Part shown: one piece after another, positions 1 to 10,168 of the stretch | How positions within the stretch are numbered: the stretch's first letter is position 1 | Layout of the letters: the number at the start of each line of letters is the position of its first letter | From: Candidatus Daviesbacteria bacterium GW2011_GWA1_41_61 | Lineage (GTDB): Bacteria > Patescibacteriota > Microgenomatia > Daviesbacterales > UBA10151 | Direction: 5' to 3' | DNA: 64,000 nucleotides | Assembly (NCBI GenBank): GCA_000997385.1 | Contig: LCBT01000004.1 | Location: 8,002 to 72,001, forward strand | The notes under the pieces: generated by a model | What the model was told of the DNA's origin: nothing | Seen by the model: only the letters and a program-made list of their open reading frames with translations | Database searches by the model: none | Position numbers and translations under genes: made by a program

Positions 1-80
1 AAACAGATGAGATTTAAATTAGTAACAGTTTTTGTGTTAATTATTTGCGCTGTTTAAATACCTGAAAGGAGGGAAGAAAA

Positions 81-323
81 ATGGAGGCTGAGAAGGATGA
101 GACTTTTTGGAAAGAGTTGGCCCGGGAACTGGAAGAGGGAATGAAAAGAGATCTTAGAGGGGATTCTAATAAAGAAGTTGGTGGAAGTTACGCGTCCTCC
201 AGAGATGATGCTTTTGATAGTTTTTATCAGAAAGCGGTCGTGAATCAGTTTATGGAAGGAATCGAAAGACGGGAAGATCCTTTTGGCAAGACAGAAAATG
301 ATCCCTATAGGGCAAGCTATTGA
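81..323 (+). CDS. hypothetical protein
   Basis: 80-aa ORF with a strong SD (AAGGAGG) upstream; overlaps the next ORF. Confidence 0.6.
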   Translation: MEAEKDETFWKELARELEEGMKRDLRGDSNKEVGGSYASSRDDAFDSFYQKAVVNQFMEGIERREDPFGKTENDPYRASY

Positions 324-522
324 AGGAGTGGTGGAGGCCTATCACCAAATGGTGGCAGGGAGGTTTATTAGTGGAGCTATGGAGTGGGAGTGTGCTTTTG
401 CTAATATAAAAGATTCCCCTTCTGATGCTAAGTTAGAAGCTTTGTTGGATTTATCGGTGGCCCGTTTAGTGAAGGCTTTTTATGAAAAACATAGAAATAA
501 AAAGAAGGGAGGAGCTTCATGA
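283..522 (+). CDS. hypothetical protein
   Basis: 79-aa ORF; ATGA stop/start overlap with the GntR gene; start uncertain. Confidence 0.55.
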   Translation: MARQKMIPIGQAIEGVVEAYHQMVAGRFISGAMEWECAFANIKDSPSDAKLEALLDLSVARLVKAFYEKHRNKKKGGAS

Positions 523-962
523 TGGAAAGAACAGATCTAGGAACAACAAAGTTACCATTATTTAGGCAATATGCCACAACTTTAATGGAAAGAATTAGCG
601 CCGGAGTTTATGCTGAAAAATTACCGCCGGAGCCAGATTTAGTTAAAGAAAGTCAATTAAGCCGGGGAACAGTTAGAGCAGCTCTGGCAATTTTAGAAGC
701 CAATGGTACAATTACCAGGTTTTCGGGCCGAGGAACTTTTATTAACACAAATCGTTCCAGAGATCTGCTAAGGGAATCTATAGAGATAGAAGAGCTGGGA
801 TTAAAGGTAAAACCCTATCCTGAGCACCCCTTCATGGATACTCTCCTCAGACTAACAACCCTTTTGAAGGATACAACTATCCCGGAGACTGTCAAAGGTG
901 GGTTAGTCAAGGTAATCAGTGCTCAGCTAGATTTGGTTGAGCAATTAAGGTATGTTTATTGA
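519..962 (+). CDS. GntR-family winged-HTH transcriptional regulator
   Basis: GntR HTH pattern EKLPPEPDL...SRGTVRAALAILEANGTITRFSGRGTFI; short C-terminus of unknown type. Confidence 0.85.
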   Translation: MMERTDLGTTKLPLFRQYATTLMERISAGVYAEKLPPEPDLVKESQLSRGTVRAALAILEANGTITRFSGRGTFINTNRSRDLLRESIEIEELGLKVKPYPEHPFMDTLLRLTTLLKDTTIPETVKGGLVKVISAQLDLVEQLRYVY

Positions 963-989
963 GTTGCCCTAAATGTATTTAAATAGTTA

Positions 990-1340
990 CTACTTTTTCT
1001 TGATCCTAAATTTGCCATCTTTTTCTGTTACAACCATAAAGCCCCTGATATCTTTGTGTTTTGAGAAGATCTCTTTGAGAGCTTCTATTTTATTGTCTGA
1101 CCTTTGGTTCGGTAGTCTTAAAAGAATGATCCCTCTGTGTGGCTGCCCATATTTGAAGATTAATTCTCCGAAGTCTTTGTCGGAAGTGAGGAGAATAGCA
1201 CCTTTAGATGTTGCTAAGGTCAAAACTTGAGCGTCTTCTGCTCCTGGACTAATTTGTTTGACACGAAGGACTAAGTGGCCAGATTGTTGTAAAAATTGGG
1301 CTACCTGTTTACCGAGGTTTTCGTCTAATAAAAATTTCAT
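990..1340 (-). CDS. DUF5615/PIN-like toxin
   Basis: MKFLLDENL N-terminus, D..VL and ILLTSDKDFGEL motifs; lies downstream of a DUF433 gene. Confidence 0.85.
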   Translation of the reverse strand: MKFLLDENLGKQVAQFLQQSGHLVLRVKQISPGAEDAQVLTLATSKGAILLTSDKDFGELIFKYGQPHRGIILLRLPNQRSDNKIEALKEIFSKHKDIRGFMVVTEKDGKFRIKKK

Positions 1341-1560
1341 GCGCCACAGTGCGTTGTGCTGGGTAAGTTTTTTCTACCACCTTTTTAGCATACTCTAGCG
1401 CTGCCTTTACTTGATCTTCTGTTAAATCGTAATCTTCTATAATTTCTGGTACAGTTTGGCCGTTTTTGATCAAATTCAGGATTAATTCCACGGTAATTCT
1501 CGTCCCCTCAATTGTGGGCTTGCCTAACATGATATTAGGATCGGTAACGATTTTTTTCAT
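1309..1560 (-). CDS. DUF433 antitoxin
   Basis: IVTDPNIMLGKPTIEGTRITVELIL...EIIEDYDLTEDQVKAALEY; ATG at 1560 lies 6 nt after TATAAT. Confidence 0.9.
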   Translation of the reverse strand: MKKIVTDPNIMLGKPTIEGTRITVELILNLIKNGQTVPEIIEDYDLTEDQVKAALEYAKKVVEKTYPAQRTVAHEIFIRRKPR

Positions 1561-1578
1561 AAAGTAATTATACAAAAT

Positions 1579-1693
1579 TTGCGTTAATTTTGGCAGTAGT
1601 GTATAATACTTTCTAGGTTAGAGGTTTTGGAGATTGAAAAGAACCAATTAGTTAACTACTAGTTGCTTCTTCTGCAGTTTCCAACCCTTAACC
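1579..1693 (+). promoter_or_regulatory. sigma70 promoter and long leader hairpin of pnp
   Basis: TTGCGT(1579)-17-TATAAT(1602); imperfect stem 1616-1693 (GGTTA/TAACC, TTGGA/TCCAA, AAGAA/TTCTT). Confidence 0.65.
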
Positions 1694-1706
1694 ACTTTAA
1701 TTTAAT

Positions 1707-3950
1707 ATGCAAAAAGTTGTTACCCGAGAGATTGATCTCGCTGGACGAAAGCTTAAACTGGAAACAGGCTTGCTGGCTCAGCAGGCAGATGCTTCAGTGG
1801 TGGCTTCTTGGGGTGAAACAGTAGTCCTTTGCACTGTGGCTACTAAGCCTTTGACCCAGGATATGGGTTACTTTCCTTTGTCAGTAGAGTATGTGGAGAA
1901 ATACTATGCCGGAGGCAGAATCACCGCTCAAAAGTTTATCAAAAGAGAAACCCGTCCTCCCGAAAAGGCTATTTTAGCCGGCAGAGCCATTGACCGGGCT
2001 ATCCGCCCTCTTTTTCCAAAAGATTTTTATAATGAGGTTCAAGTAGTGGTAACAATTTTGTCCTTTGATGGGGTCAACGATCCAGCTTTGACAGGTTTTA
2101 TTGGTACCTCTGCTGCTTTGGCTATCTCTTCAGTGCCTTGGGATGGGCCAATTGGTATAACCCGGGTTGGCCAGGCGAATGGTAGTTTTATCCTCAACCC
2201 TGATTTAGAAACTGAAGACCATCTTGATCTAAATACTTTGGTAGCTTCCACTAAGGATAAGGTAGTGATGCTGGAAACCGAAGGCAAAGAAATAGATGAG
2301 ACAACTGTCTTAGCAGCTATTAAAGAAGGGCATACTGCTGCCCAGCGGGTGATTGATTTCATTGCTGATTTTTCCAAAGAAGTGGGCCGGGAAAAGCAGC
2401 CCTACACTCCGGTGTCTGAAGATGTTGAACTTTCACTTTTGGCTGATGTTAAAGGTGAGTTCAAAGAAAAGATTGAAGCAGCTTTATTTGATACCCAACA
2501 TCCATGGCATGAAGCTACGGGGGATATGATCAAAGAAGAGCTGGCTATCAAATATGCTGAAAAGTTGACTCCCCAACAAGTTGGAACGATCTTTGATAAG
2601 GTTGCCAAAGAGCTGATGCTTGATTTTGTCTTAAATAAAGGCAAAAGGGTGGACTCCCGGGCTATGGATGAAATCCGTCCGATCTCCATAATACTAGGTT
2701 TACTTCCTCGGACTCATGGTTCAGCCATCTTTCAGCGGGGAGGAACCCAGGTTTTAGGCATAGCTACTTTAGGACCACTTTCTGCTTCTCAAATCCTGGA
2801 AGGAATGACGGGGGAAAGCACTAAAAGGTATATGCATCACTATAATATGGGCATTAACCCCTTTGCCACTGGCGAGGTGAAGAGGATTGGCAGTCCGGGC
2901 AGACGGGATATCGGTCACGGAGCCTTAGCAGAAAAAGCTTTAGTTAATGTTTTGCCCCCAGAGGAAGAGTTTCCCTATGCTATCAGAGTGGTTTCAGAAG
3001 TTTTAGGGGCTAATGCCTCAACTTCGATGGCTTCAGTCTGCGCTTCAACTTTATCTTTACTTAATGCCGGAGTGCCGCTGAAAAATCCGGTGGCAGGTAT
3101 CGCCATGGGACTTTTTTCCAATGAAGAGAAATTCCAAGTAATTACTGATATGCAGGCAGTGGAAGACTTTTATGGCCAGATGGACTTTAAAGTAGCAGGA
3201 ACTTTAAAAGGTATTACCGCTATTCAAATGGATACCAAGCTTCATGGTTTAACCTTGGTCATTATTGAAGAGGCCTTAAAACAGGGTAAAAAAGCCCGGG
3301 AATTTATTATTACCAAAATTAATGAAGCGGTTCCTGAGGTTTCCCAGCTTTCCAAGTATGCTCCTAAGATTGAGGTGACTCATATTAAGCCTGAGGATAT
3401 TGGCACTTTAATTGGCAGCGGCGGCAAAACCATTAACGGGATTATTGCTAAAACGGGAGCCCAGATTGATATCGAAGATGATGGAACAGTGATGATCTCG
3501 GCAGTTGACGAGGCAGCAGTACAAAGAGCATTAGAAGCAGTAGAAGGGATGTTTAGAGAGATCCAAGTAGGTGAGGTTTATGAAGGTAAGGTGGTAAGAA
3601 TTGCTCCTTTTGGAGCTTTCGTGGAGATTCTGCCAGGCAGGGATGGTTTGGTTCATGTTTCCCAAATGGCTCCCCATCGGGTAGAAAAGCCAGAAGATAT
3701 TGTCAGTGTGGGGCAAACTGTTAAAGTCAGGGTTACTGAGGTAGATAATATGGGGAAAATTGGTCTGTCGATGCTTTTTGGAGAGGACCGGAAAGAAGAC
3801 TCAGAGTCAAGGCCTCAAAGACGGGATTTTGGAGCCCGGGAAAGGTCTTTTGGTAGAGGTTCTGATAGAGGCCGGTTTGACCGGGACCGTAGTCCTTCAC
3901 GCCGGGGTTTTGGTGAGGGATCCGGTGGCCGACGGGACCGGCGGAGATAA
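1707..3950 (+). CDS. pnp: polyribonucleotide nucleotidyltransferase
   Basis: Two RNase PH domains (FPLSVEYVEK, RTHGSAIFQRGGTQ, MDFKVAGT), KH (IGSGGKTI), S1, and an Arg/Gly-rich tail. Confidence 0.97.
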   Translation: MQKVVTREIDLAGRKLKLETGLLAQQADASVVASWGETVVLCTVATKPLTQDMGYFPLSVEYVEKYYAGGRITAQKFIKRETRPPEKAILAGRAIDRAIRPLFPKDFYNEVQVVVTILSFDGVNDPALTGFIGTSAALAISSVPWDGPIGITRVGQANGSFILNPDLETEDHLDLNTLVASTKDKVVMLETEGKEIDETTVLAAIKEGHTAAQRVIDFIADFSKEVGREKQPYTPVSEDVELSLLADVKGEFKEKIEAALFDTQHPWHEATGDMIKEELAIKYAEKLTPQQVGTIFDKVAKELMLDFVLNKGKRVDSRAMDEIRPISIILGLLPRTHGSAIFQRGGTQVLGIATLGPLSASQILEGMTGESTKRYMHHYNMGINPFATGEVKRIGSPGRRDIGHGALAEKALVNVLPPEEEFPYAIRVVSEVLGANASTSMASVCASTLSLLNAGVPLKNPVAGIAMGLFSNEEKFQVITDMQAVEDFYGQMDFKVAGTLKGITAIQMDTKLHGLTLVIIEEALKQGKKAREFIITKINEAVPEVSQLSKYAPKIEVTHIKPEDIGTLIGSGGKTINGIIAKTGAQIDIEDDGTVMISAVDEAAVQRALEAVEGMFREIQVGEVYEGKVVRIAPFGAFVEILPGRDGLVHVSQMAPHRVEKPEDIVSVGQTVKVRVTEVDNMGKIGLSMLFGEDRKEDSESRPQRRDFGARERSFGRGSDRGRFDRDRSPSRRGFGEGSGGRRDRRR

Positions 3951-4029
3951 GGATTACAGTATAGTTTTCCTCTGATTAGTGCTAAAATTAAACTAGATAA
4001 GGATTTACGATTTAAATCTCTTAAAAGCT

Positions 4030-5091
4030 ATGGATACTGCTGCCCAAGGTAGTGATAACTCTTCAAACCAGGACCAAATTAGTAAACTTCGGGATTTGGT
4101 AAACAAAGTTTCCTTACCTTCCGGTTTAACCGAGAAATTAAATGAGCATTTAGATCGGCTGGCCCGGGCCATTGCCTCTTCAGGTTATAAAATTGAGTTT
4201 GATCGGGAGTTTGAATATATCCAATTTGTGGCTACATTGCCTTTTAATAAATCATCGGAAGATATTTTAGATTTAACTACAGCAGCTCAAATTTTGGATA
4301 AATACCATTTTGGACTGCGGGCAGCTAAGGAAAGAATTTTGGAGTATCTTTCGGTACTGATTTTAAATGCCCGGCAGGGAAAAAGTTTTCATTCCTCCGT
4401 GCTGTTTTTTGTGGGGTTAGTAGGAAGCGGTAAGACATCTTTGGCTTATTCTATTGCGGAAAGCTTAGGACGAAAGATCATCCGTATCCCCTTTGGAGGC
4501 TTGGGATCTGTCAAAGAACTGCGGGGGCAGTCTCGGGTCCGGGCAGAAGCTGAACCAGGAAGGCTGATACAATCAATCCAATCGGTGGGAGTCAACAACC
4601 CAGTTATCCTTTTGGATGAGTTAGACAGGGTAGCCACTGAATCGCGGGCTGATGTGATGGGAGTATTAGTAGAGCTTTTGGATCCGGAACAAAACTCTAC
4701 CTTTTTAGACCACTATGTAGATTATCCCTTTGATCTATCCAAGGTTTTATTTATCGGCACAGCGAATAACACCGCCAATATTGCCACGGCGGTGATGGAT
4801 CGATTGGAGATGATTGAAATGCCTTCTTACAGTGATGAAGAAAAGATTACTATTGGCCGGGATTATATCTTACCCAAGGTTTTAAAAGAATCTGGGCTGC
4901 CCGAGGGTACAGTTGCTTTAGACGTTGCCTTGTGGCCGCAAATTGTCCGCCCCTTAGGCTATGATGGTGGTATTAGGTCGCTACAGCGGACTATTCAAGG
5001 GGTGGTCAGAAAGGTAGCCAAAGAGGTAGTACAAGGGAACTTTGGACCTTATAATTTAACAGGAGAGAATATTAGTCGATATTTGGGATAA
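4030..5091 (+). CDS. Lon-type AAA+ ATPase module lacking the protease domain
   Basis: LDKYHFGL..AKERILEYL, Walker A GLVGSGKTS, Walker B LLDELD, LLDPEQN..FLDHY, DRLE; ends before the Ser-Lys protease domain. Confidence 0.85.
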   Translation: MDTAAQGSDNSSNQDQISKLRDLVNKVSLPSGLTEKLNEHLDRLARAIASSGYKIEFDREFEYIQFVATLPFNKSSEDILDLTTAAQILDKYHFGLRAAKERILEYLSVLILNARQGKSFHSSVLFFVGLVGSGKTSLAYSIAESLGRKIIRIPFGGLGSVKELRGQSRVRAEAEPGRLIQSIQSVGVNNPVILLDELDRVATESRADVMGVLVELLDPEQNSTFLDHYVDYPFDLSKVLFIGTANNTANIATAVMDRLEMIEMPSYSDEEKITIGRDYILPKVLKESGLPEGTVALDVALWPQIVRPLGYDGGIRSLQRTIQGVVRKVAKEVVQGNFGPYNLTGENISRYLG

Positions 5092-5098
5092 AAAAATT

Positions 5099-6799
5099 AT
5101 GAATAAAAAATTTAGACCTCATTATGACAATAGAGCTGGAGTACTTACCCCTTTAAAGGTTATCCCTTTAGGTGGTGTGGGTGATGTGAGTAAAAATATG
5201 TATGTTTATGAGTATGGCCAGGATATTGTCATTGTTGACTGTGGGATTGGCTTTCCCGATGAAGCTATGCCTGGCATTGATTTGGTCATCCCGGACATCT
5301 CTTATTTGAAAGACAAAAAACACAAAATCCGGGGATTGGTTATTACTCATGCTCATGATGACCATATTGGCGGTATCCCCTATCTTTGGAAGGAGTTAGG
5401 TTTTCCTCCTATCTATGCTCAAAGATTGGCAGCCGCTTTTATTAAAAATAAACTGCATGAGTTTAACTTAAGCCAAAAGGGTCTTAACACCGTTAGTATT
5501 GATAGCCGTTTTAATCTGGGCCATTTTAATATCAGCTTTTATCAAGTTTCTCACTCAGTACCTGATTCAACAGGCATTGTTTTGGAAACTCCGGCTGGCA
5601 GGGTTATCCACCAGGCTGATTTTAAAGTCGATTGGACACCGATGAGTGGCCAGGTGATTGATGTGGGGAAGATTGCCCTGATGGGGGATAAAGGAGTAGC
5701 ATTGATGTTAATTGATGCTTTGAGGGTGGAAAAGCCTGGCTACACTTTATCAGAAAAAACGATTCAGCCAACTTTTGCCCGGATTGAGGCTGAAACTAAG
5801 GGTAAGGTGTTGATCACCACTGTATCTTCCAATATCGGACGGATCCAGCAGGCTATCAATGTGGCTGTAGATGCTGGAAGAAAAATTGCTTTTCTGGGTA
5901 GATCAATGGAGAGCAACTTCCAAATTGCTTGGGATTTAGGTTATCTCCAAGTTCCCTCGGGGATTGTGATTGCCCCGGAGGAGATTAAGAGGTTCCCCGA
6001 AAAGAAGTTGATGTTGATTGTGGCCGGTTCTCAAGGTCAACCCGGCTCATCTTTGTCCCGTATTGCCAATAACGATCACAAGTTTGCTTTTGTCACCCCC
6101 CGTGACAGTGTGGTTTTTTCTGCTGATCCCATTCCTTCCCGTGAAGCAGCCCAGCATGCTTTAATTGATAGGCTGACTAAATTGGGAGCCAATGTTTACT
6201 ACACCGAGATTACGGATGATCTTCATGTTTCAGGTCATGCCAGCGCTGAGGAGATAAAGATGATGATCAATCTAGCCAAACCGAAGTATCTGCTACCCAT
6301 TGGGGCTACTTTCAGACAGATGAAGGCTTTTTCTAAAATGGTCCAGCAGTTGGGGTATGAAGAAGAGAAGATTTTATTAGTCGAAGATGGCAAGGTAGTC
6401 ACCCTTAGCCAGGACAATGTTAAAGCAGATGGATTTGTGGAGGCTAAAAATGTTTATGTTGATGGACTGGGGGTGGGGGATATTGGTAGTGTGGTGTTGC
6501 GGGATAGGATGGTTATGGCCGAGGAGGGAATTGTTTTAGTCATTGTCCCGGTTGATGTCCGTACCAGCAAATTAACCGGAGAACCGGATATTGTCAGCCG
6601 GGGGTTTGTTTTTGAGAAACAATCGGAGGAGCTGTTAGATAAAGCTAAAAATATTGTTAAAGCAGCTTTAGCAGATCATCCTGATGCTGCTTTAGATTGG
6701 CGGTTTATCCGCCGCCATATTGAGGACAGTTTAGAGAAATTTTTCTATGAGGAGACCAAGAGAAGCCCGTTAATTTTGCCAGTAGTGATAGAAGTATAA
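5099..6799 (+). CDS. rnj: ribonuclease J
   Basis: PLGG, THAHDDHIGG, HSVPDS, DFKVD, HVSGHA motifs. Confidence 0.95.
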   Translation: MNKKFRPHYDNRAGVLTPLKVIPLGGVGDVSKNMYVYEYGQDIVIVDCGIGFPDEAMPGIDLVIPDISYLKDKKHKIRGLVITHAHDDHIGGIPYLWKELGFPPIYAQRLAAAFIKNKLHEFNLSQKGLNTVSIDSRFNLGHFNISFYQVSHSVPDSTGIVLETPAGRVIHQADFKVDWTPMSGQVIDVGKIALMGDKGVALMLIDALRVEKPGYTLSEKTIQPTFARIEAETKGKVLITTVSSNIGRIQQAINVAVDAGRKIAFLGRSMESNFQIAWDLGYLQVPSGIVIAPEEIKRFPEKKLMLIVAGSQGQPGSSLSRIANNDHKFAFVTPRDSVVFSADPIPSREAAQHALIDRLTKLGANVYYTEITDDLHVSGHASAEEIKMMINLAKPKYLLPIGATFRQMKAFSKMVQQLGYEEEKILLVEDGKVVTLSQDNVKADGFVEAKNVYVDGLGVGDIGSVVLRDRMVMAEEGIVLVIVPVDVRTSKLTGEPDIVSRGFVFEKQSEELLDKAKNIVKAALADHPDAALDWRFIRRHIEDSLEKFFYEETKRSPLILPVVIEV

Positions 6800-6865
6800 T
6801 TATCCTATAGTGCTTACAAGTATGATATAATACTTATAAAGTTAAAGTTTTGAGATAACTAAACT

Positions 6866-8971
6866 ATGTCTAGACGTCGTTCACCTTATTCTCTTCCTAA
6901 ACTAAAGCTGCACCAGAAAACTGTGGTGGCAGTGGGTTCTTTAGTAGCTTTAGTGCTAGCTGGCCTTTCCGGGGTGGCCCTTTTAACTGACACTCCAACG
7001 CTCAATTTTTGGCGGGAGTTTTTGCAGCAGTATTTGGGTTGGACGGCGATCTTTTCCCCAGCGCTGTTTTTAGTCACTGCCTTGGTCTTACAGAAATTTA
7101 AATGGTCAGCAGCTCAGCCTAATGTTTTGGTAGGCTTGGTAACTTTGGTGGTAGTTTTAAGTGGTTTAACTTCCCCTTTAGATTCTTCTCAGGCTGGGCA
7201 GATTGGCAATTTAGTGTGGGTAGAACTGGCCTCTCTTTTGACAAACTTTGGAGCGGGGGTAGTTTTGGCTGGAGCCTTTTTAGTGGGGGTGGTGGTGTTA
7301 TTTAATACCTCGATTACCACTATTTTAGGGATTTTTGTTCAAGGGGGGTTATTTTTAAAAGACAGAATTTTTGGGCCGATCTTGTCTTTGTTTAGCCGTG
7401 GGGAAGGTTTTGAACAAAGGAAGATCCCGATTAAAGTTTCCGGGGTGGATGATCTTAAACCTAAAGTTGCCTCAAGACAACAAGGGGCTGAAAGCCCGTT
7501 GGTTGCTGATGAATTGGTCCAAAATATAGCTGGTCAAGTGCGGATCTGGAAGTATCCGCCAGTGGCTTTGTTGTCTGATAAGATCGGTTCTGCGGCTGAT
7601 AGGGGGGATGTCAAAAGAAATGCGGCCACTATTGAAAAAACTCTGGATTCTTTTGGTATTCAAGCCCGGGTGGCGGAAGTCAATGGCGGCCCGGCAGTTA
7701 CCCAATATGCTTTAGAGATCTCTGCCGGGACCAAGATTGCTAAAATTGCCAACTTACAGCATGATATTGCTTTAGCTTTAGCTACCCCGACTGGAACAGT
7801 CCGGATTGAGGCTCCTATTCCTGGGAAATCTTTGGTAGGTATTGAGGTCCCCAACCGGTCACTGGAGGTGGTGGGTTTGAAAAGTATTTTATCTTCTGAA
7901 GAGATGACTAAAAACAAATCCAAGCTGGCAGTAGCTTTAGGGAGAGATACTTCTTCCCGTTCGGTGGTGGTAGATATTGCCAAGATGCCTCACTGTTTAA
8001 TTGCCGGGACTACTGGTTCTGGTAAATCTATTTTAATTAATGCTTTTATCACCACGTTGCTTTTTAGAAATTCCCCAGAAGAGTTAAAATTGATTTTAGT
8101 TGATCCTAAAAGAGTTGAGTTAAATAATTATAACGGTCTGCCTCATCTTTTAACCCCGGTTATCACCGAGCCAGAAAAAATCCTCTCTGCTTTAAAGTGG
8201 TCTATGGCCGAGATGGACCGCCGTTATAAGTTGTTCCAATCAGTGGGGGTGAGAAATATTGCCGGCTACAATGAGATGTCCGGTTTTCAGGCTTTGCCCA
8301 ATATTGTGATTTTAATTGATGAGTTGGCAGATTTAATGATATTTGCTCCGGTTGAGGTGGAGGCTGCCATTACCAGGATTGCTCAACTGGCCAGAGCCAC
8401 CGGTATTCATCTGGTGGTAGCAACACAGCGGCCATCAGTAGATGTGATTACGGGTTTAATCAAAGCCAATATCCCCTGCCGGATTGCTTTCAATGTTTCC
8501 TCAATGATTGATTCCCGGGTGATTATTGATCAGCCAGGAGCAGAGAAGCTGTTAGGCCGAGGTGATATGTTATTCCTCCCTCCTGATGCTTCCAAGCCCA
8601 TACGTATTCAAGGAGTTTTTGTCTCTGATGCTGAGATTAACAACCTGATTTTTTACTTAAAAGAGTTAGGCATTGCTCCCCAGTACACAACTGAGGTGAC
8701 AGAAATGCCATTAGGTAGGATGGGGAAGGGTGGGGACTTTGGAGATCGGGATGAATTATTTGAAGAAGCAGTCAGGACTGTCTGTCAGTATGACCGGGCT
8801 TCAGCTTCACTGCTACAAAGAAGGCTCAGGGTTGGATATGCCCGGGCTGCCAGGATGTTAGATGAATTGGAGGAATCTGGAATTGTTGGTCCAGGGGAGG
8901 GATCAAAACCCAGAGATGTCTTAGTCAGAAACGCTGAGGAATACCTTGCCCAAAGAGGAGGTTCAGAATAG
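6866..8971 (+). CDS. ftsK: DNA translocase FtsK/SpoIIIE
   Basis: N-terminal TM helices, GTTGSGKS, IDELADLM, ATQRPS, gamma domain SASLLQRRLRVGYARAAR. Confidence 0.96.
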   Translation: MSRRRSPYSLPKLKLHQKTVVAVGSLVALVLAGLSGVALLTDTPTLNFWREFLQQYLGWTAIFSPALFLVTALVLQKFKWSAAQPNVLVGLVTLVVVLSGLTSPLDSSQAGQIGNLVWVELASLLTNFGAGVVLAGAFLVGVVVLFNTSITTILGIFVQGGLFLKDRIFGPILSLFSRGEGFEQRKIPIKVSGVDDLKPKVASRQQGAESPLVADELVQNIAGQVRIWKYPPVALLSDKIGSAADRGDVKRNAATIEKTLDSFGIQARVAEVNGGPAVTQYALEISAGTKIAKIANLQHDIALALATPTGTVRIEAPIPGKSLVGIEVPNRSLEVVGLKSILSSEEMTKNKSKLAVALGRDTSSRSVVVDIAKMPHCLIAGTTGSGKSILINAFITTLLFRNSPEELKLILVDPKRVELNNYNGLPHLLTPVITEPEKILSALKWSMAEMDRRYKLFQSVGVRNIAGYNEMSGFQALPNIVILIDELADLMIFAPVEVEAAITRIAQLARATGIHLVVATQRPSVDVITGLIKANIPCRIAFNVSSMIDSRVIIDQPGAEKLLGRGDMLFLPPDASKPIRIQGVFVSDAEINNLIFYLKELGIAPQYTTEVTEMPLGRMGKGGDFGDRDELFEEAVRTVCQYDRASASLLQRRLRVGYARAARMLDELEESGIVGPGEGSKPRDVLVRNAEEYLAQRGGSE

Positions 8972-9201
8972 ATGATAGCTCAAGCACAAGCATTAAGGCT
9001 ACAATCCCGGATTGAAAGCACTTTTAATGTGTGTTTGCTTTTATCAAACTTCCGATGTTCGATTTTAATTGCCCCTGACATTTATGATTGATTCTTCTAT
9101 AGAAGGGAAACTGGTTGGGTAGCAGAATTCAGTTTAGAAATTATTCTGATAGACCAACAGTTTTAGGAAGGTTACTGCCGGATTCAATAACCTTAACAGC
9201 T

Positions 9202-9296
9202 AAGCTTTATTTAGAAGATATTGTTACCTCTGGAAAACGATAAAAGATGATTTACCGGTTCTTAAAGAACAGATTAGAAAGATAAAATCTTATTAA
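9202..9296 (+). pseudogene. internally deleted DUF86/HepT-like (HEPN) toxin remnant
   Basis: KLYLEDIV (from 9202, a typical DUF86 N-terminus) abuts LWKTIKDDLPVLKEQIRKIKSY* (9228-9296, a typical C-terminus) in another frame. Confidence 0.6.
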
Positions 9297-10168
9297 TACT
9301 GGGGGGTTTGGTTGGTAGGTGTTTGGGGAGTGGGAGGTAGAGTGGTTTCAGAAGAGGGAGCAGTAGGAGCAGGGAAAGAGGAAGAAGGAAGGGAATAAGT
9401 GGGTTGGGGAGCAGGTGAAATCTCAGGTGGAGTATAGGAAGGTTGGGAAGAGTAGTGGCCAGAAAAATCATTTAATAGATCAGCTACCCCTTTTTGATCT
9501 CCCGAGGGAGGTGCAGCGCTAAAATTTGTCTCAGATGGTGCAAATGGTGCAAACGGTGTTTCACCAGGCTGGGGGATAGTAGGGCTGATTGTTGTATCTT
9601 GCGGAAGCTGAGATATTTGTAAAGCAGGTTCTGCAGCTGGAGGAGTCTCTAGTCTGGGAATAGGCTCTTTGGCTATCTCCTGCAGATCTTCTTCTAAGGT
9701 ATCTGAGGCCTCAATTTTTTGTAAGACCTCATCAACAGGAGTCATCATTTCTGCAAACCGCTTCTCCTCTTCCTCTTTCCTTCTCCTTTCTACCTGCTCG
9801 TCAGCAGTAGTTTTAAACCTTTTAAACTGTTCCTGGGTTAAGTGCATATAAGCTAATATAATTTTTTCACTGCAGCCGTCTCTTATATCCTGAAGATTGG
9901 TAAAAAGCATGATATAAAAATCCTGGCCGGTCTCCGGTTGTTTACTGTGGCTGATTTCGACATGGTACTGTTTAAGTTCCATCCGGTAATGATCTTCAAT
10001 GGCGCTGGGATCAAATTGAGCTAAATCAGTATGATTAACCAGCAGTTTATTTTGATTGATCAGCTTGATCAGTTGGGAGAGATATTTTTCTGCCTTGGCA
10101 GAGTCACCACTGGGTGGAGGCAGATGGGCCATTTGAGATTTATCTTTGGGGTTGGAAATATCGGGCAT
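9293..10168 (-). CDS. hypothetical protein with Pro/Ser/Thr-rich disordered C-terminus
   Basis: Globular N-terminal half, charged helix, Pro-rich tail; ATG 10168 chosen because it follows a -10-like box. Confidence 0.7.
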   Translation of the reverse strand: MPDISNPKDKSQMAHLPPPSGDSAKAEKYLSQLIKLINQNKLLVNHTDLAQFDPSAIEDHYRMELKQYHVEISHSKQPETGQDFYIMLFTNLQDIRDGCSEKIILAYMHLTQEQFKRFKTTADEQVERRRKEEEEKRFAEMMTPVDEVLQKIEASDTLEEDLQEIAKEPIPRLETPPAAEPALQISQLPQDTTISPTIPQPGETPFAPFAPSETNFSAAPPSGDQKGVADLLNDFSGHYSSQPSYTPPEISPAPQPTYSLPSSSFPAPTAPSSETTLPPTPQTPTNQTPQY

